In this document: positions 37,185 to 46,224 of the stretch, in pieces
Layout: each line of letters opens with the position of its first letter
Position numbering within the stretch: position 1 is the stretch's first letter
Virus record (IMG/VR): IMGVR_UViG_3300042892_003817
Source: a virus
Taxonomy: Duplodnaviria; Heunggongvirae; Uroviricota; Caudoviricetes
DNA length: 64,000 nt
Reading direction: 5' to 3' (one strand)
Made by a program: the position numbers and the translations under genes
Notes under the pieces: model-generated
The model's database searches: none
Seen by the model: the letters and a program-made list of their open reading frames with translations, nothing else
Told to the model about the DNA's origin: nothing

Positions 37185-37736
37185 TTATTTTATATAGTTT
37201 AATATTTGTTCAACTCTTTGATTAGGACTTCCTGTTACTGTTAAGTAATCTCCTCCAGCAAACTTAATTGACTTTAAGTTAATTTCAAACTGCTTATCAA
37301 TTGCTTCTCTCCATCCTTCATTTACACTCCTTACTCCATCATCTACAGAAGCAAATTCAATAGGGAAATAAATAAAATGTGTATATTGATCTTTAACTCT
37401 TAACCAAGTATCTAAGATGTATGTATAAGCACTATCGGATAAATTATCCATATAAGTAGAATAAACTAATAGATCTAAATAACATCTATCAAGTATTACA
37501 TCTTTAGTAGCTAATAATGCCTCTAAATGGAAAGAAGAAATAGCAAGCTGTGTTTCAGAAGTTCCTGCTTCATTAATAGGAAATCCATAACTACCAACCG
37601 TTCTTGTTGATTCATTTATAAAATCATACTCAGGTAATTTACTTTTAAGTAATTCGTATACTGTAGTCTTCCCTACTGATGATGCTCCTACTAATGCTAT
37701 TCTTTTCATAACTAATTTTTTAAAAAGTCTACCCAA
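37185..37736 (-). CDS. P-loop NTPase/kinase (AAA_28 / nucleoside-kinase-like, 183 aa)
   Basis: Walker A IALVGASSVGKTT; small single-domain kinase-like protein. Confidence 0.5.
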   Translation of the reverse strand: MGRLFKKLVMKRIALVGASSVGKTTVYELLKSKLPEYDFINESTRTVGSYGFPINEAGTSETQLAISSFHLEALLATKDVILDRCYLDLLVYSTYMDNLSDSAYTYILDTWLRVKDQYTHFIYFPIEFASVDDGVRSVNEGWREAIDKQFEINLKSIKFAGGDYLTVTGSPNQRVEQILNYIK

Positions 37737-38239
37737 AGACTTACTGATATACTATGTAAGATATGAAATAATTCTCCTATTTCCAACCCTTTTATAGAAA
37801 CTTGTCTCTGTAAAAGTATAGCTCCTTCATCCACTCCTTCTGTTACTCTATGAATAACACATCCAGAATGTTCTAATCCTAAGTCAAAAGCTTTTTGCTG
37901 AGGATCTTTTCCTTTTAGTTCTGGATACTGAGTTATAAGTCCTGGATGTCCATTATAGATTTCAAATCGATTACAAATACCTGGTGGCATAATCCTTAAC
38001 CATCCATGAAGAGTTACTAAAGCATTATCATACTGAGCCAATAGAGGAAATAGTTCTTCTTCTGAAGGCTTATTGTCTACGAAGATTAAGTGCTTATTTT
38101 CTAAAGCAGGATGAATCTTTCTAAGATGTTCTGGTCTTTCGTTTGTAATAATAAGGTCAGGCCATCTTCCTAGTAGCTTTGATACTTCTACGATCTCTGA
38201 TCCTGTTTGACTAAAGAATGCTATCCAAGGTCTATTCAT
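37712..38239 (-). CDS. formyltransferase (PurN/Fmt N-terminal-domain fold, 175 aa); candidate preQ1-DNA formyltransferase (DpdN-like)
   Basis: IAFFSQTGSE...ITNERPE...LHGWLRIMPPGICNRFEIYNGHPGLITQYPELKGKDP...GCVIHRVTEGVDEGAIL matches the formyl-transferase catalytic core. Confidence 0.55.
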   Translation of the reverse strand: MNRPWIAFFSQTGSEIVEVSKLLGRWPDLIITNERPEHLRKIHPALENKHLIFVDNKPSEEELFPLLAQYDNALVTLHGWLRIMPPGICNRFEIYNGHPGLITQYPELKGKDPQQKAFDLGLEHSGCVIHRVTEGVDEGAILLQRQVSIKGLEIGELFHILHSISVSLWVDFLKN

Positions 38240-38397
38240 GTGATATACTTATTATTCTATCCTCATTCATAAAGATAAAATTTCCTTTCACTCTTAAACT
38301 GTACGAAGGTTTTCCTCCTGAATTACTGTCTACTATTCCAAATACTTCGGCATCTATAATCTCATTATCGAGATTTATAATAACCATTTCCCCTATC

Positions 38398-39192
38398 TTA
38401 TACTTTGCGTCCATTTGCAAACCATCTGAATTTATGAATGTTCTGAAGAATCATATTCGTATCTTCCGGTACGTAGTTGATTAATTCAAATAACTTTTGA
38501 GACTCTTTTGACCATAATCCATCTGCTCTATACTCAACTCCTTTTATACCATGTACAACTGGATTAGAAGTATCTAAAGAATAGATCCATTTATAGTCTG
38601 AGTAGAAAGAAAACTCTTGAGGTAATCCACATCCCAATAGGTGATGCTTCTTCTCTTCGTTTATAACACCGTCTCTCAATAGATCTCCTAGTAGCTTAAC
38701 CCTTCCTAGCATCCAACTAACATACTTGTTAGGATGTGAAATAGTATTTGTATAGTACGAGTAGTCGAATGAAATTGCAATCATATCTACATTTGCAATC
38801 TTATCCATATACTCATAACAAGTCTTAATTTGACTGTAAGTCTTTCCTTGAACAACTCCTATTTTCTTTCCTGGAAGATTTTTATACTTGTTATTCCATT
38901 CTGTCATTTGCTGTACAGTCTTCTTTGCATCCTCTAAAGCATCCGGAACTATATACCAATCTGGCTTTAATTCTAATACCCAGCCTGCAAACTTCTCTGC
39001 ATCAAAAGCTTCTTCTAATTCAAAGATAGAATTATCTAAAATAATTTCTCTACCTGCTTCTTTAGCATCTTGAAACTGTTTTAAGTATTCTGGATCTTCT
39101 TCAAATAAATGCACTAATGCATAATCATAGTCAGTATACTTCTGTACTTCTTTAAAGATACTCTTCGGTGATTCGTGTGCTATCTTAATCAT
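38398..39192 (-). CDS. candidate DpdA (tRNA-guanine transglycosylase-like DNA 7-deazaguanine transglycosylase, 264 aa)
   Basis: Context inside the que cluster; HHLLGCGLPQEF resembles the TGT RYLMGVGKPED loop; predicted alpha/beta fold. Weak. Confidence 0.35.
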   Translation of the reverse strand: MIKIAHESPKSIFKEVQKYTDYDYALVHLFEEDPEYLKQFQDAKEAGREIILDNSIFELEEAFDAEKFAGWVLELKPDWYIVPDALEDAKKTVQQMTEWNNKYKNLPGKKIGVVQGKTYSQIKTCYEYMDKIANVDMIAISFDYSYYTNTISHPNKYVSWMLGRVKLLGDLLRDGVINEEKKHHLLGCGLPQEFSFYSDYKWIYSLDTSNPVVHGIKGVEYRADGLWSKESQKLFELINYVPEDTNMILQNIHKFRWFANGRKV

Positions 39193-39388
39193 TATCTTCT
39201 GGTGTTATATCTTGTAAATCTTCTACTAATCCTCCTAACTGTGCTTGTAATGTTTCCATAACTTCTGCCAGTTGACTATCGATAGACTTCTCAACTGCTT
39301 TATATGCCTCTGATAAAGGAATCATATCTATACCTAAAGTATCAATAAACACTTTATGCTTTTCTAAATGGTCTAGTGCTGCTTGCAT
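39185..39388 (-). CDS. hypothetical acidic protein (67 aa)
   Basis: ORF. Confidence 0.35.
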   Translation of the reverse strand: MQAALDHLEKHKVFIDTLGIDMIPLSEAYKAVEKSIDSQLAEVMETLQAQLGGLVEDLQDITPEDND

Positions 39389-39900
39389 TATTTAATTCTA
39401 TTAAATTTACTTAACTGCTCTTGAGTAAAAAACTGAGAAAGATCTGGTCGGAAGTAATTTACATTCTTCATTACTTTTCTATCTCTTGTTCTATAAACAA
39501 CGTAATACTCTCCAACTTTTTCGTAATGACACTCCTCACCTTGCTCACTCGATCTCTGAATGACAGTTGCTTTAGCGTCTTCTTCTGTTTGGCAAGCTTT
39601 TGATAGATTTGAAGCTTGAACTTCTTGATATGCTGGCCATATCTTATCCTTAAGGCCATGTAACATAGTACCGTTCCCAGTGGCAACATAAGTAATATCG
39701 CACAAAGCATCCAGAACCTCAACGATGTCTCCTGCTTCGCAAGCTTCTCTATATTCTTCCAATTCCTCAAGGATGAAATTGTATACAAATTCCCATTCTT
39801 TTCTTTCGGGGATAGTTGGTTCATAGTTATTAGGTTTACCCATTACGGCATTAAATTCCTCTACCTCATCAATAAAAGGTACTTTTGGATCTGTAATCAT
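39388..39900 (-). CDS. mazG: MazG-like nucleoside triphosphate pyrophosphohydrolase (170 aa)
   Basis: EELEEYREACEAGDIVEVLDALCDI (E-x2-E...E-x2-D MazG motif). Confidence 0.6.
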   Translation of the reverse strand: MITDPKVPFIDEVEEFNAVMGKPNNYEPTIPERKEWEFVYNFILEELEEYREACEAGDIVEVLDALCDITYVATGNGTMLHGLKDKIWPAYQEVQASNLSKACQTEEDAKATVIQRSSEQGEECHYEKVGEYYVVYRTRDRKVMKNVNYFRPDLSQFFTQEQLSKFNRIK

Positions 39901-39909
39901 AACTTTTTA

Positions 39910-39951
39910 CTTTTTTATTAATATAAGAAATTGGCTCCGAAGAGCCAACTT
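39910..39951 (-). promoter_or_regulatory. promoter module with an embedded GGCUC-UUCG-GAGCC hairpin (39933-39946)
   Basis: atataagaaattggctccgaagagccaact. Confidence 0.45.
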
Positions 39952-39952
39952 A

Positions 39953-40150
39953 TTATTCAATTACTTTAATAATTTTAGATTGATTAACTCCTACTACTGC
40001 GAAGTTAGACTCTCCTTCGAACTCTGTATAGATCTTTGCTTCAGCTTCTGTTGCTGAAATTGCATCTACTAAATAAAGTTCTTTTACTCTTTGAATACGA
40101 CCTCGGTCATTTTCGTGCTCCAATTGCACAGTTACTTGCCAATAATTCAT
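39953..40150 (-). CDS. hypothetical protein (65 aa)
   Basis: ORF. Confidence 0.4.
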   Translation of the reverse strand: MNYWQVTVQLEHENDRGRIQRVKELYLVDAISATEAEAKIYTEFEGESNFAVVGVNQSKIIKVIE

Positions 40151-40165
40151 AATGTTTGGTTTTAG

Positions 40166-40873
40166 TTATTTTTTTCCAAGTTTAATATTTGTATAGAATT
40201 CTGCTCTTGCTGATGCTTCATCTAAGAAACACCCTGTTAACTTTGCTGTTTGCATTGAAGCTCCCTGATGTTTAATCCCTCTACACGATACACAGTTATG
40301 TGTTGCTGAAATTGCTACTGCTACTCCTAGATTACCTTCACAGATTTTATCTACTGCATTATGAATTGCAACTGTTAACTGCTCTTGAATAGCTCCACGT
40401 CTAGCAAACTGCTCTACAATTCGATTTAATTTTGAAAGCCCAACTACCTTTCCATCTGCTGAAGGAACATAAGCTATACTTACCTCTCCTGAAATTGTTT
40501 GGTGGTGATGTGAGCACATTGAGGTAACTGGTATATTACTCTCTTGTACTATTCCATCATAACCATCAGAAGGGAATGCTGTAATTCTTGTTAGTGGTTC
40601 AAATCGACCTGCCCATAAATCGTTTACGTATGCTTTTGCAACTCTTTTAGGAGTATCAGATGAATTTGGATCATTCTGCCAATCACATCCTAAAGCTGAA
40701 AGGAATTGTCCGAAAGCTTCTGCTGCATCTTCAATGATGTGTTGCTTTTCTACTTCAGTTAATCTTGCTTCTGGACCTTCTGTTAGTTGTTTTTTTGCCA
40801 ATTGAGAGGAAATACCATTAGCGAATCCGGCTTGTACTAATTCTGTACCGTCGATAAATTTTTTATTTGACAT
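40166..40873 (-). CDS. folE: GTP cyclohydrolase I FolE (235 aa)
   Basis: MCSHHHQTISGEVSIAYVP parallels the FolE catalytic MCEHHLVPF..AYIP segment. Confidence 0.8.
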   Translation of the reverse strand: MSNKKFIDGTELVQAGFANGISSQLAKKQLTEGPEARLTEVEKQHIIEDAAEAFGQFLSALGCDWQNDPNSSDTPKRVAKAYVNDLWAGRFEPLTRITAFPSDGYDGIVQESNIPVTSMCSHHHQTISGEVSIAYVPSADGKVVGLSKLNRIVEQFARRGAIQEQLTVAIHNAVDKICEGNLGVAVAISATHNCVSCRGIKHQGASMQTAKLTGCFLDEASARAEFYTNIKLGKK

Positions 40874-40944
40874 ATAAGATTGTTTTTATGGAGGTTCTAC
40901 GACTCCGTTTTATTTAATATAACATTTTTTACTTTATCCTGCAA

Positions 40945-41340
40945 CTATTTTTTCAAATAATCTTGAATAGTTTCTGAGTCATTTCTTTCCCAAGGGTATA
41001 CAATCCACTCTGTTCCTACTTCTTTTGAGTAGAAGTCTGGAGTAAAGATTGCTGTTGGTTTGTAATGAAGCGTTGCAGTATACATTCCAATAGTATTTTT
41101 TAACGTCTCTCCTGTATCACAAATATCATCTACTACCAAAGTATCTTTATTTATTCTACTAACGTAAGGTATGTGGAGCTTGTGGGAGATCATTACTGCT
41201 GGTATTAATCCTCCTCTTTGAATACCTGTTATCGATTTAATCTCTGCTCCTGATGCTGCTATTGTATTTGCTAAATCTTCTACTAAGATGTTGATATCAT
41301 CCCAGCTTAAATAAACTTTATTTCCTATTTTTAGTGCCAT
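40945..41340 (-). CDS. gpt: xanthine-guanine phosphoribosyltransferase-like type I PRTase (131 aa)
   Basis: QRGGLIPAVMIS, VVDDICDTGETL (PRPP motif) and WIVYPWE align with E. coli Gpt SRGGLVPGALLA, VIDDLVDTGGT, WIEQPWD. Confidence 0.75.
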   Translation of the reverse strand: MALKIGNKVYLSWDDINILVEDLANTIAASGAEIKSITGIQRGGLIPAVMISHKLHIPYVSRINKDTLVVDDICDTGETLKNTIGMYTATLHYKPTAIFTPDFYSKEVGTEWIVYPWERNDSETIQDYLKK

Positions 41341-41342
41341 AA

Positions 41343-41927
41343 CTATTTAATTTTTACTTGATAATCTACAAACGTTGCTTTCTTTGGTGCTTCATTTAGA
41401 AAGTAAAAAGCAATTGTCTTACTCTTAGTTTTGATAATCTTATAGAAAGCCGTAGGAATAGCTGCACCTGCCGGAACTCGTCTGGGATTTTTATCAAATA
41501 CTATTTTTATTTCAACGTTGACTGGTCCTTCTGAAAAGGCTAAAAGTCTTTCATAGTCTTCTAATAGTCTCCAATGAACTCTATTTAGTCTTTCATTTTG
41601 AAGAGTACAGTTTAGGTATGAGAATGTTTTAAATAACATTTCTCTAGTACAGTTAAAGTCAGCTGCTGGTGCACAATGTCCTTTGTCGTAGATATTGAAT
41701 GCATAGTCTTTTTCATCTGAGGTATGAATTGTTTTATCTTTATAGAAATCCATTCCTTTTCTAGATGCTCCTACTCCAGTGCACAGTACTTGGTACTTTA
41801 CCCACAATGGTTGCTCTAATGTCTCTGAATACATTACCTCGTATATGTCTGTCTTTACATAAACGCTATCTCTTAACTGTCCAAACCCTAATAACGGAAG
41901 TAAGAGTAATAATAAAAACTTCTTCAT
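41343..41927 (-). CDS. secreted Endonuclease_NS-family (DNA/RNA non-specific) nuclease (194 aa)
   Basis: Signal peptide MKKFLLLLLLPLLGFGQL; YDKGHCAPAAD matches the DRGH-x-AP active-site motif. Confidence 0.5.
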   Translation of the reverse strand: MKKFLLLLLLPLLGFGQLRDSVYVKTDIYEVMYSETLEQPLWVKYQVLCTGVGASRKGMDFYKDKTIHTSDEKDYAFNIYDKGHCAPAADFNCTREMLFKTFSYLNCTLQNERLNRVHWRLLEDYERLLAFSEGPVNVEIKIVFDKNPRRVPAGAAIPTAFYKIIKTKSKTIAFYFLNEAPKKATFVDYQVKIK

Positions 41928-41928
41928 A

Positions 41929-42222
41929 CTATACCTTTGCGATTGTAATTCCTTCCACGTCTACAATTTGTAGTTGTGAGATAACTTCGTCTCCTGATAC
42001 TTCTGGATCTGTTGACTCCAATACGTAATTTACTAATTCTTCGATAGATACTTTATCTTTAAATCCTGTCTTACCTGAGTCACTTGGTATTAATACTAGC
42101 TCTAAATTAAGGTCTTGATTGAATTGTAACTTATAATCCCAGATGTAAAGGCCATCTGCTTTTGGATATGATTTTGATAGTTCTCTATCCCCTGCTAAAT
42201 CGATTAGATCTTTTAATGTCAT
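41929..42222 (-). CDS. hypothetical protein (97 aa)
   Basis: ORF. Confidence 0.4.
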   Translation of the reverse strand: MTLKDLIDLAGDRELSKSYPKADGLYIWDYKLQFNQDLNLELVLIPSDSGKTGFKDKVSIEELVNYVLESTDPEVSGDEVISQLQIVDVEGITIAKV

Positions 42223-42234
42223 AACTTTGTTTTT

Positions 42235-42456
42235 TTATTTAATTGTATATTTAGTTTTTCCGTCTGGTGATTGTGCTGATATTTCTCCGTTTGCTAGAAC
42301 TGTTAGTTCTAAATCAAACTCTTCCTTTAAAAGTCTTTTTACTGTTGCTGCTTCAAGCCCTCTACTTTTCCATAGTGTATGAAATACTGTTAGTACTTCA
42401 AACTCTGTTGCTCTTTTTACTGCCATCTTACACTTCTCTTTGGTCTTCAAATGCAA
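42235..42456 (-). CDS. hypothetical protein (73 aa)
   Basis: ORF. Confidence 0.4.
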   Translation of the reverse strand: MHLKTKEKCKMAVKRATEFEVLTVFHTLWKSRGLEAATVKRLLKEEFDLELTVLANGEISAQSPDGKTKYTIK

Positions 42457-43201
42457 TGATGTGAGGTCTCCAGGTCAATCTATAACCGTTATCTCTAACC
42501 CAATCAAACATTTTTGGATATGATTTGAATAAAGCTTCTCTTGAATCTCCTGCTGGCATGAACCATACTTTATCTTCTGGTATGTCTAGCATTTTAATAC
42601 AATTCATAATCTCTTTTAATGCTTCTTGATCCTCTCCATCCCATACCGGTTTTAAATGGTAGTCTGAATGATAAGAGATTGATTTGGATATTGCATCGTA
42701 GTTTAATCTTAGCTTGTTATGCTGTTTAATCATTTTCTCATCTGTAATGTCTCCTTGAGGTGTTGCAATGCCAACCTTAGGGACAGAATTACTGAACTTA
42801 GGGGAGATTGATAATAGATTAATTGGGTAATCTGTCTCAAGAAAATGACTTCCTTCGGTCTCAATCGTAATGAAAATATTTCTTTCATGTGCAAAATGTG
42901 TTAATTCGTTTACTAATGCTGGATGCATTGTTGGTGATCCTCCTGTTAGCATCATCTCTGTGATGTGGGGATTGGCATCATACATGTTAATAATATCTTG
43001 AAAACTGATATGTCCTTTTTCAGGATGTATACTTGTGTACCAAGAATCGCACCATCCACCATCACCAAACCAACATCTGTGAGTACAGCCTGTTGTTCTG
43101 ATTACTACGGTTGGATAACCTGCTCTACTTCCTTCTGATTGTACTGCTGTATAAAGCTCTACAATGGGAAGTGTTTTGTTATAATCTTCTATTCTTTTCA
43201 T
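42428..43201 (-). CDS. queE: 7-carboxy-7-deazaguanine synthase QueE (radical SAM, 257 aa)
   Basis: LYTAVQSEGSRAGYPTVVIRTTGC-x3-C cluster-binding segment and MLTGGSP motif. Confidence 0.8.
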   Translation of the reverse strand: MKRIEDYNKTLPIVELYTAVQSEGSRAGYPTVVIRTTGCTHRCWFGDGGWCDSWYTSIHPEKGHISFQDIINMYDANPHITEMMLTGGSPTMHPALVNELTHFAHERNIFITIETEGSHFLETDYPINLLSISPKFSNSVPKVGIATPQGDITDEKMIKQHNKLRLNYDAISKSISYHSDYHLKPVWDGEDQEALKEIMNCIKMLDIPEDKVWFMPAGDSREALFKSYPKMFDWVRDNGYRLTWRPHIIAFEDQREV

Positions 43202-43202
43202 C

Positions 43203-43397
43203 TTAATATAAATTGTATTGACAATATTTTATGTAAAATTCAGTTCTTCCTATTTCTTGCAGCTCTTCTACATACTCCCATACTTCAGAAGCATATTTTT
43301 CCTTTCCATACAAATCATCTCCGTACTTTAGAGTTTCAAAGTCCCATCCTTTATCGAATGCTTTTGTTGCTAGGTAAATTATTTCACTCAGTTTCAT
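43203..43397 (-). CDS. hypothetical protein (64 aa)
   Basis: ORF. Confidence 0.4.
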   Translation of the reverse strand: MKLSEIIYLATKAFDKGWDFETLKYGDDLYGKEKYASEVWEYVEELQEIGRTEFYIKYCQYNLY

Positions 43398-43514
43398 CTT
43401 CCTGTTATTTGTTTTATATACCTTTCTACCGCTACTACTTTCTGTCTTAGATCTAATTTAGAGTCTATTACATTTTGTAAGTACTGATGAAACTCGTCCA
43501 TTGTTAAGTTAGGC

Positions 43515-43976
43515 TTACTCACCATAAGATGCTGAGTTCCTTTCATGTTCGTAAACTTCTACCTTAGTAGCTCTTACTCTACTGTTTGTTTCTTCAAGTA
43601 AAAATGTATTGATTTTTAAATGTAAGTATTCTGCAAATCGTTCACATCCTGTAGCAGGAAGTATTCTTAACTGTATAACGCCGTCGTTATGCATTTGTTT
43701 AAATGTATCCATATAAGGATCATCCTCTGCTACAATAGTTGTATGATCTAATAGGTAATCGAAAAATGCTTTTGGAGAATATCCTTCGATGTTTCCTTTA
43801 GCTCTTTTCATTCCTCCGAAGTCCCATACCCAGTTTCTTTCGTCTAGTTCTCCTTCGAACCATACTCGGAATGATACGGCATAGCCGTGAAGAAATCTGC
43901 AATGTGTACCCTCTGCTTTCCATTGTCGAAAGCATGCTGAGTAGCCGTCAAATAGTTTTGTTGCTTGAAATTTCAT
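43515..43976 (-). CDS. queD: 6-carboxy-5,6,7,8-tetrahydropterin synthase QueD (PTPS fold, 153 aa)
   Basis: FSACFRQW...HCRFLHGYAVSFRVWFEGELDERNWVWDFGGMK parallels the PTPS/QueD core. Confidence 0.75.
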   Translation of the reverse strand: MKFQATKLFDGYSACFRQWKAEGTHCRFLHGYAVSFRVWFEGELDERNWVWDFGGMKRAKGNIEGYSPKAFFDYLLDHTTIVAEDDPYMDTFKQMHNDGVIQLRILPATGCERFAEYLHLKINTFLLEETNSRVRATKVEVYEHERNSASYGE

Positions 43977-44138
43977 TTGTTAAAATATTAAATTGTAAAT
44001 TGTTGTCCATATAGCAATTGTGATTAGAGCAAGCCCTATCCATACAAATGCTTTTGTGTAGTCTTTCTTAAATCTCTTCTTAGGCTTTATACCTAAAGCT
44101 TCTTTTACGTGATCGTTCACCTCTCTCATAACTCTAAT

Positions 44139-44462
44139 TTAAACTAATTCTTCGTAAATTCCAACTATTTCACTTAAAATTAATACTCCAGCTCCTAATA
44201 AAAGATTAAAAGGTAATAGAAAGTATCCAAGTATTCTTATACCGGATTTGATAAATGAAATTTGTTGATGTAGTTTTGGATCTGGAATTGCTAATAGATT
44301 TCTTCTAGTTGCTTCTTCAAGCAGTTCTTGCTGAGTAGTAAAGTTTGCATAGGTTTTGAAATCTCCTGGTGAGAGTTCTTTCTTTTTTTGTTCTAGAACT
44401 CTATCCATTATAACCGATTGTTCTGCTTTCTCTATGGAAGGCTTCTTAAAATATGTTGCCAT
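44139..44462 (-). CDS. membrane protein (107 aa)
   Basis: C-terminal TM helices. Confidence 0.4.
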   Translation of the reverse strand: MATYFKKPSIEKAEQSVIMDRVLEQKKKELSPGDFKTYANFTTQQELLEEATRRNLLAIPDPKLHQQISFIKSGIRILGYFLLPFNLLLGAGVLILSEIVGIYEELV

Positions 44463-44529
44463 AAGGTGTGTTTTTAAAGTGGTGCTACGACACTGTTGTT
44501 ATATGTTAATAAATATAAGAAATATCTTT

Positions 44530-46200
44530 TTATGATCCTACTCTAGTTAAAAAGAGCTTGTTCATACGGAACCATCCCATGTACTCTCTTCCTTGATCAA
44601 AATAATCTTCCCAATCCTTCTCTGCTTTTAAATCTCGGACTAATCCTTTTTCTGCAAACTTCTCCCACCAGTAGTCTTTTGTTTGACAGTTTATATGACC
44701 TATTCCTTGCTGTCCTGGATGTGCTGCTGTGAAGATTAAAGTACCTCCTGGTTTAAGGTTTTCGTATAACTTTTCAACAATACTGTCGTTGTGTTCTGTC
44801 TCTATGTGCTCGGCTACTTCCAGGCAGATAATTAGTTCTGATTTATGGTTTAGGTCAAAGATACTCTTTTTAAAGAGAAAGTCCTGATCTTCTACTACAT
44901 CGTTAATATCGTACCCAATAGCATCAATTTTTTCTTTTCTTAAGGACCTTACATAAGTCCCACTCCCGCAACCTACATCGACTACTTTTTTAGGATTGTA
45001 ATACTTTTTAATCCACTTAGCTAGATTATCTGCAAATGGCTTTTCTTCTTCCTCCATATTTGTATAATTGAAAGCATCAGTCTTCCCTCTAGGAATATCT
45101 GTTTGATACCATCCTTCTCCTTCATAAACATTTAAAATATCTTTAAAATATTTTTCGTACATAGGAGCTACATTCTCTAATGAAAACTTTTCTCCATACT
45201 CTCTACAAGTCTTGTAATCTATTTCTCCGTTGTTAATTTTTATAGTTGCCTGCAAGTAATCATCAAACGTTCTACATCTGTAACCAGTTACTCCGTTTAT
45301 ATTATTCTCTGCAAAGGCTCCCCAGTCTGAGGTAATTGTTGGTGTTCCTGATAGTAAATTTTCTATTTGAACTCCTCCAAATGGTTCAACATATTGTGAA
45401 GGTAGGAAGCATCCTTTTGCACTCTTCATCAGTTCTTTTCTCTTTTCGGTTCCAGCATACCCTACAAACTCTACATGAGGAGGAAACTTTCCATCCTTAT
45501 AAGGTCCATCGGCGTCAATCTGTCCTGCTATCTTTAATTTATACCCTAAGTGTTCAGTAACCTGGATTGCTATATTAACTCCTTTTCCGTCAAAGACTCT
45601 TCCTAAATAAAGAAAGTAATCTTCTTTTTTATCGCTAAATTCAAAATCAGAGAGGTCGAAGTAGTTTGGAATTACTACTTCGTAGTTTTTCATATCGCAA
45701 TAATTCACTCCCATCAGTCCGTAGTATGCATGGTAGATTGCATAAGATTCAAATACTTTCCAATTTGCCCAATGCCCTCCTGCATAGCCTATTCCTGGTT
45801 CAACAGTTATTAAATCTGGATGTCCGTCACATACCGGCCTTACTCCTGACCCCCAGAATGGTAAAATGAAATCATTCTTCTGTTTTCTCTTTCCTATTTC
45901 CTTTATAGCATTTTTATAGAAGGTTTGATAGGCTTCATCCTCTACATTATATTTAAAGAATTTAGATTTATAGTCATGAGTACCGTATACTTTTTTCCAT
46001 ACCTTATTGGTGATAACTGTTACGTTTTCCGCATATGGAGCGTCGCTCTCCTCATGTCCGTAATGGTAGATAGTATGCCCTCTTTCCCCCATCATCTTAC
46101 AGAATTTCCAAGCCTTTTGTGTATAAGCACATGCTACAAATTCTCTATTAGTGATTGTATGAGGAAGTCCTAATACGTGGAATGTAAATTTATTATTCAT
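44530..46200 (-). CDS. bifunctional GT-B glycosyltransferase / class I SAM-dependent methyltransferase fusion (556 aa)
   Basis: N-terminal region with EPFGGVQIENLLSGTPTITSDWGAFAENNINGVTG (GT4 motif); C-terminal VVDVGCGSGTYV methyltransferase motif I. Confidence 0.6.
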   Translation of the reverse strand: MNNKFTFHVLGLPHTITNREFVACAYTQKAWKFCKMMGERGHTIYHYGHEESDAPYAENVTVITNKVWKKVYGTHDYKSKFFKYNVEDEAYQTFYKNAIKEIGKRKQKNDFILPFWGSGVRPVCDGHPDLITVEPGIGYAGGHWANWKVFESYAIYHAYYGLMGVNYCDMKNYEVVIPNYFDLSDFEFSDKKEDYFLYLGRVFDGKGVNIAIQVTEHLGYKLKIAGQIDADGPYKDGKFPPHVEFVGYAGTEKRKELMKSAKGCFLPSQYVEPFGGVQIENLLSGTPTITSDWGAFAENNINGVTGYRCRTFDDYLQATIKINNGEIDYKTCREYGEKFSLENVAPMYEKYFKDILNVYEGEGWYQTDIPRGKTDAFNYTNMEEEEKPFADNLAKWIKKYYNPKKVVDVGCGSGTYVRSLRKEKIDAIGYDINDVVEDQDFLFKKSIFDLNHKSELIICLEVAEHIETEHNDSIVEKLYENLKPGGTLIFTAAHPGQQGIGHINCQTKDYWWEKFAEKGLVRDLKAEKDWEDYFDQGREYMGWFRMNKLFLTRVGS

Positions 46201-46224
46201 AGTTTTTAATATAGTAAATTTATT

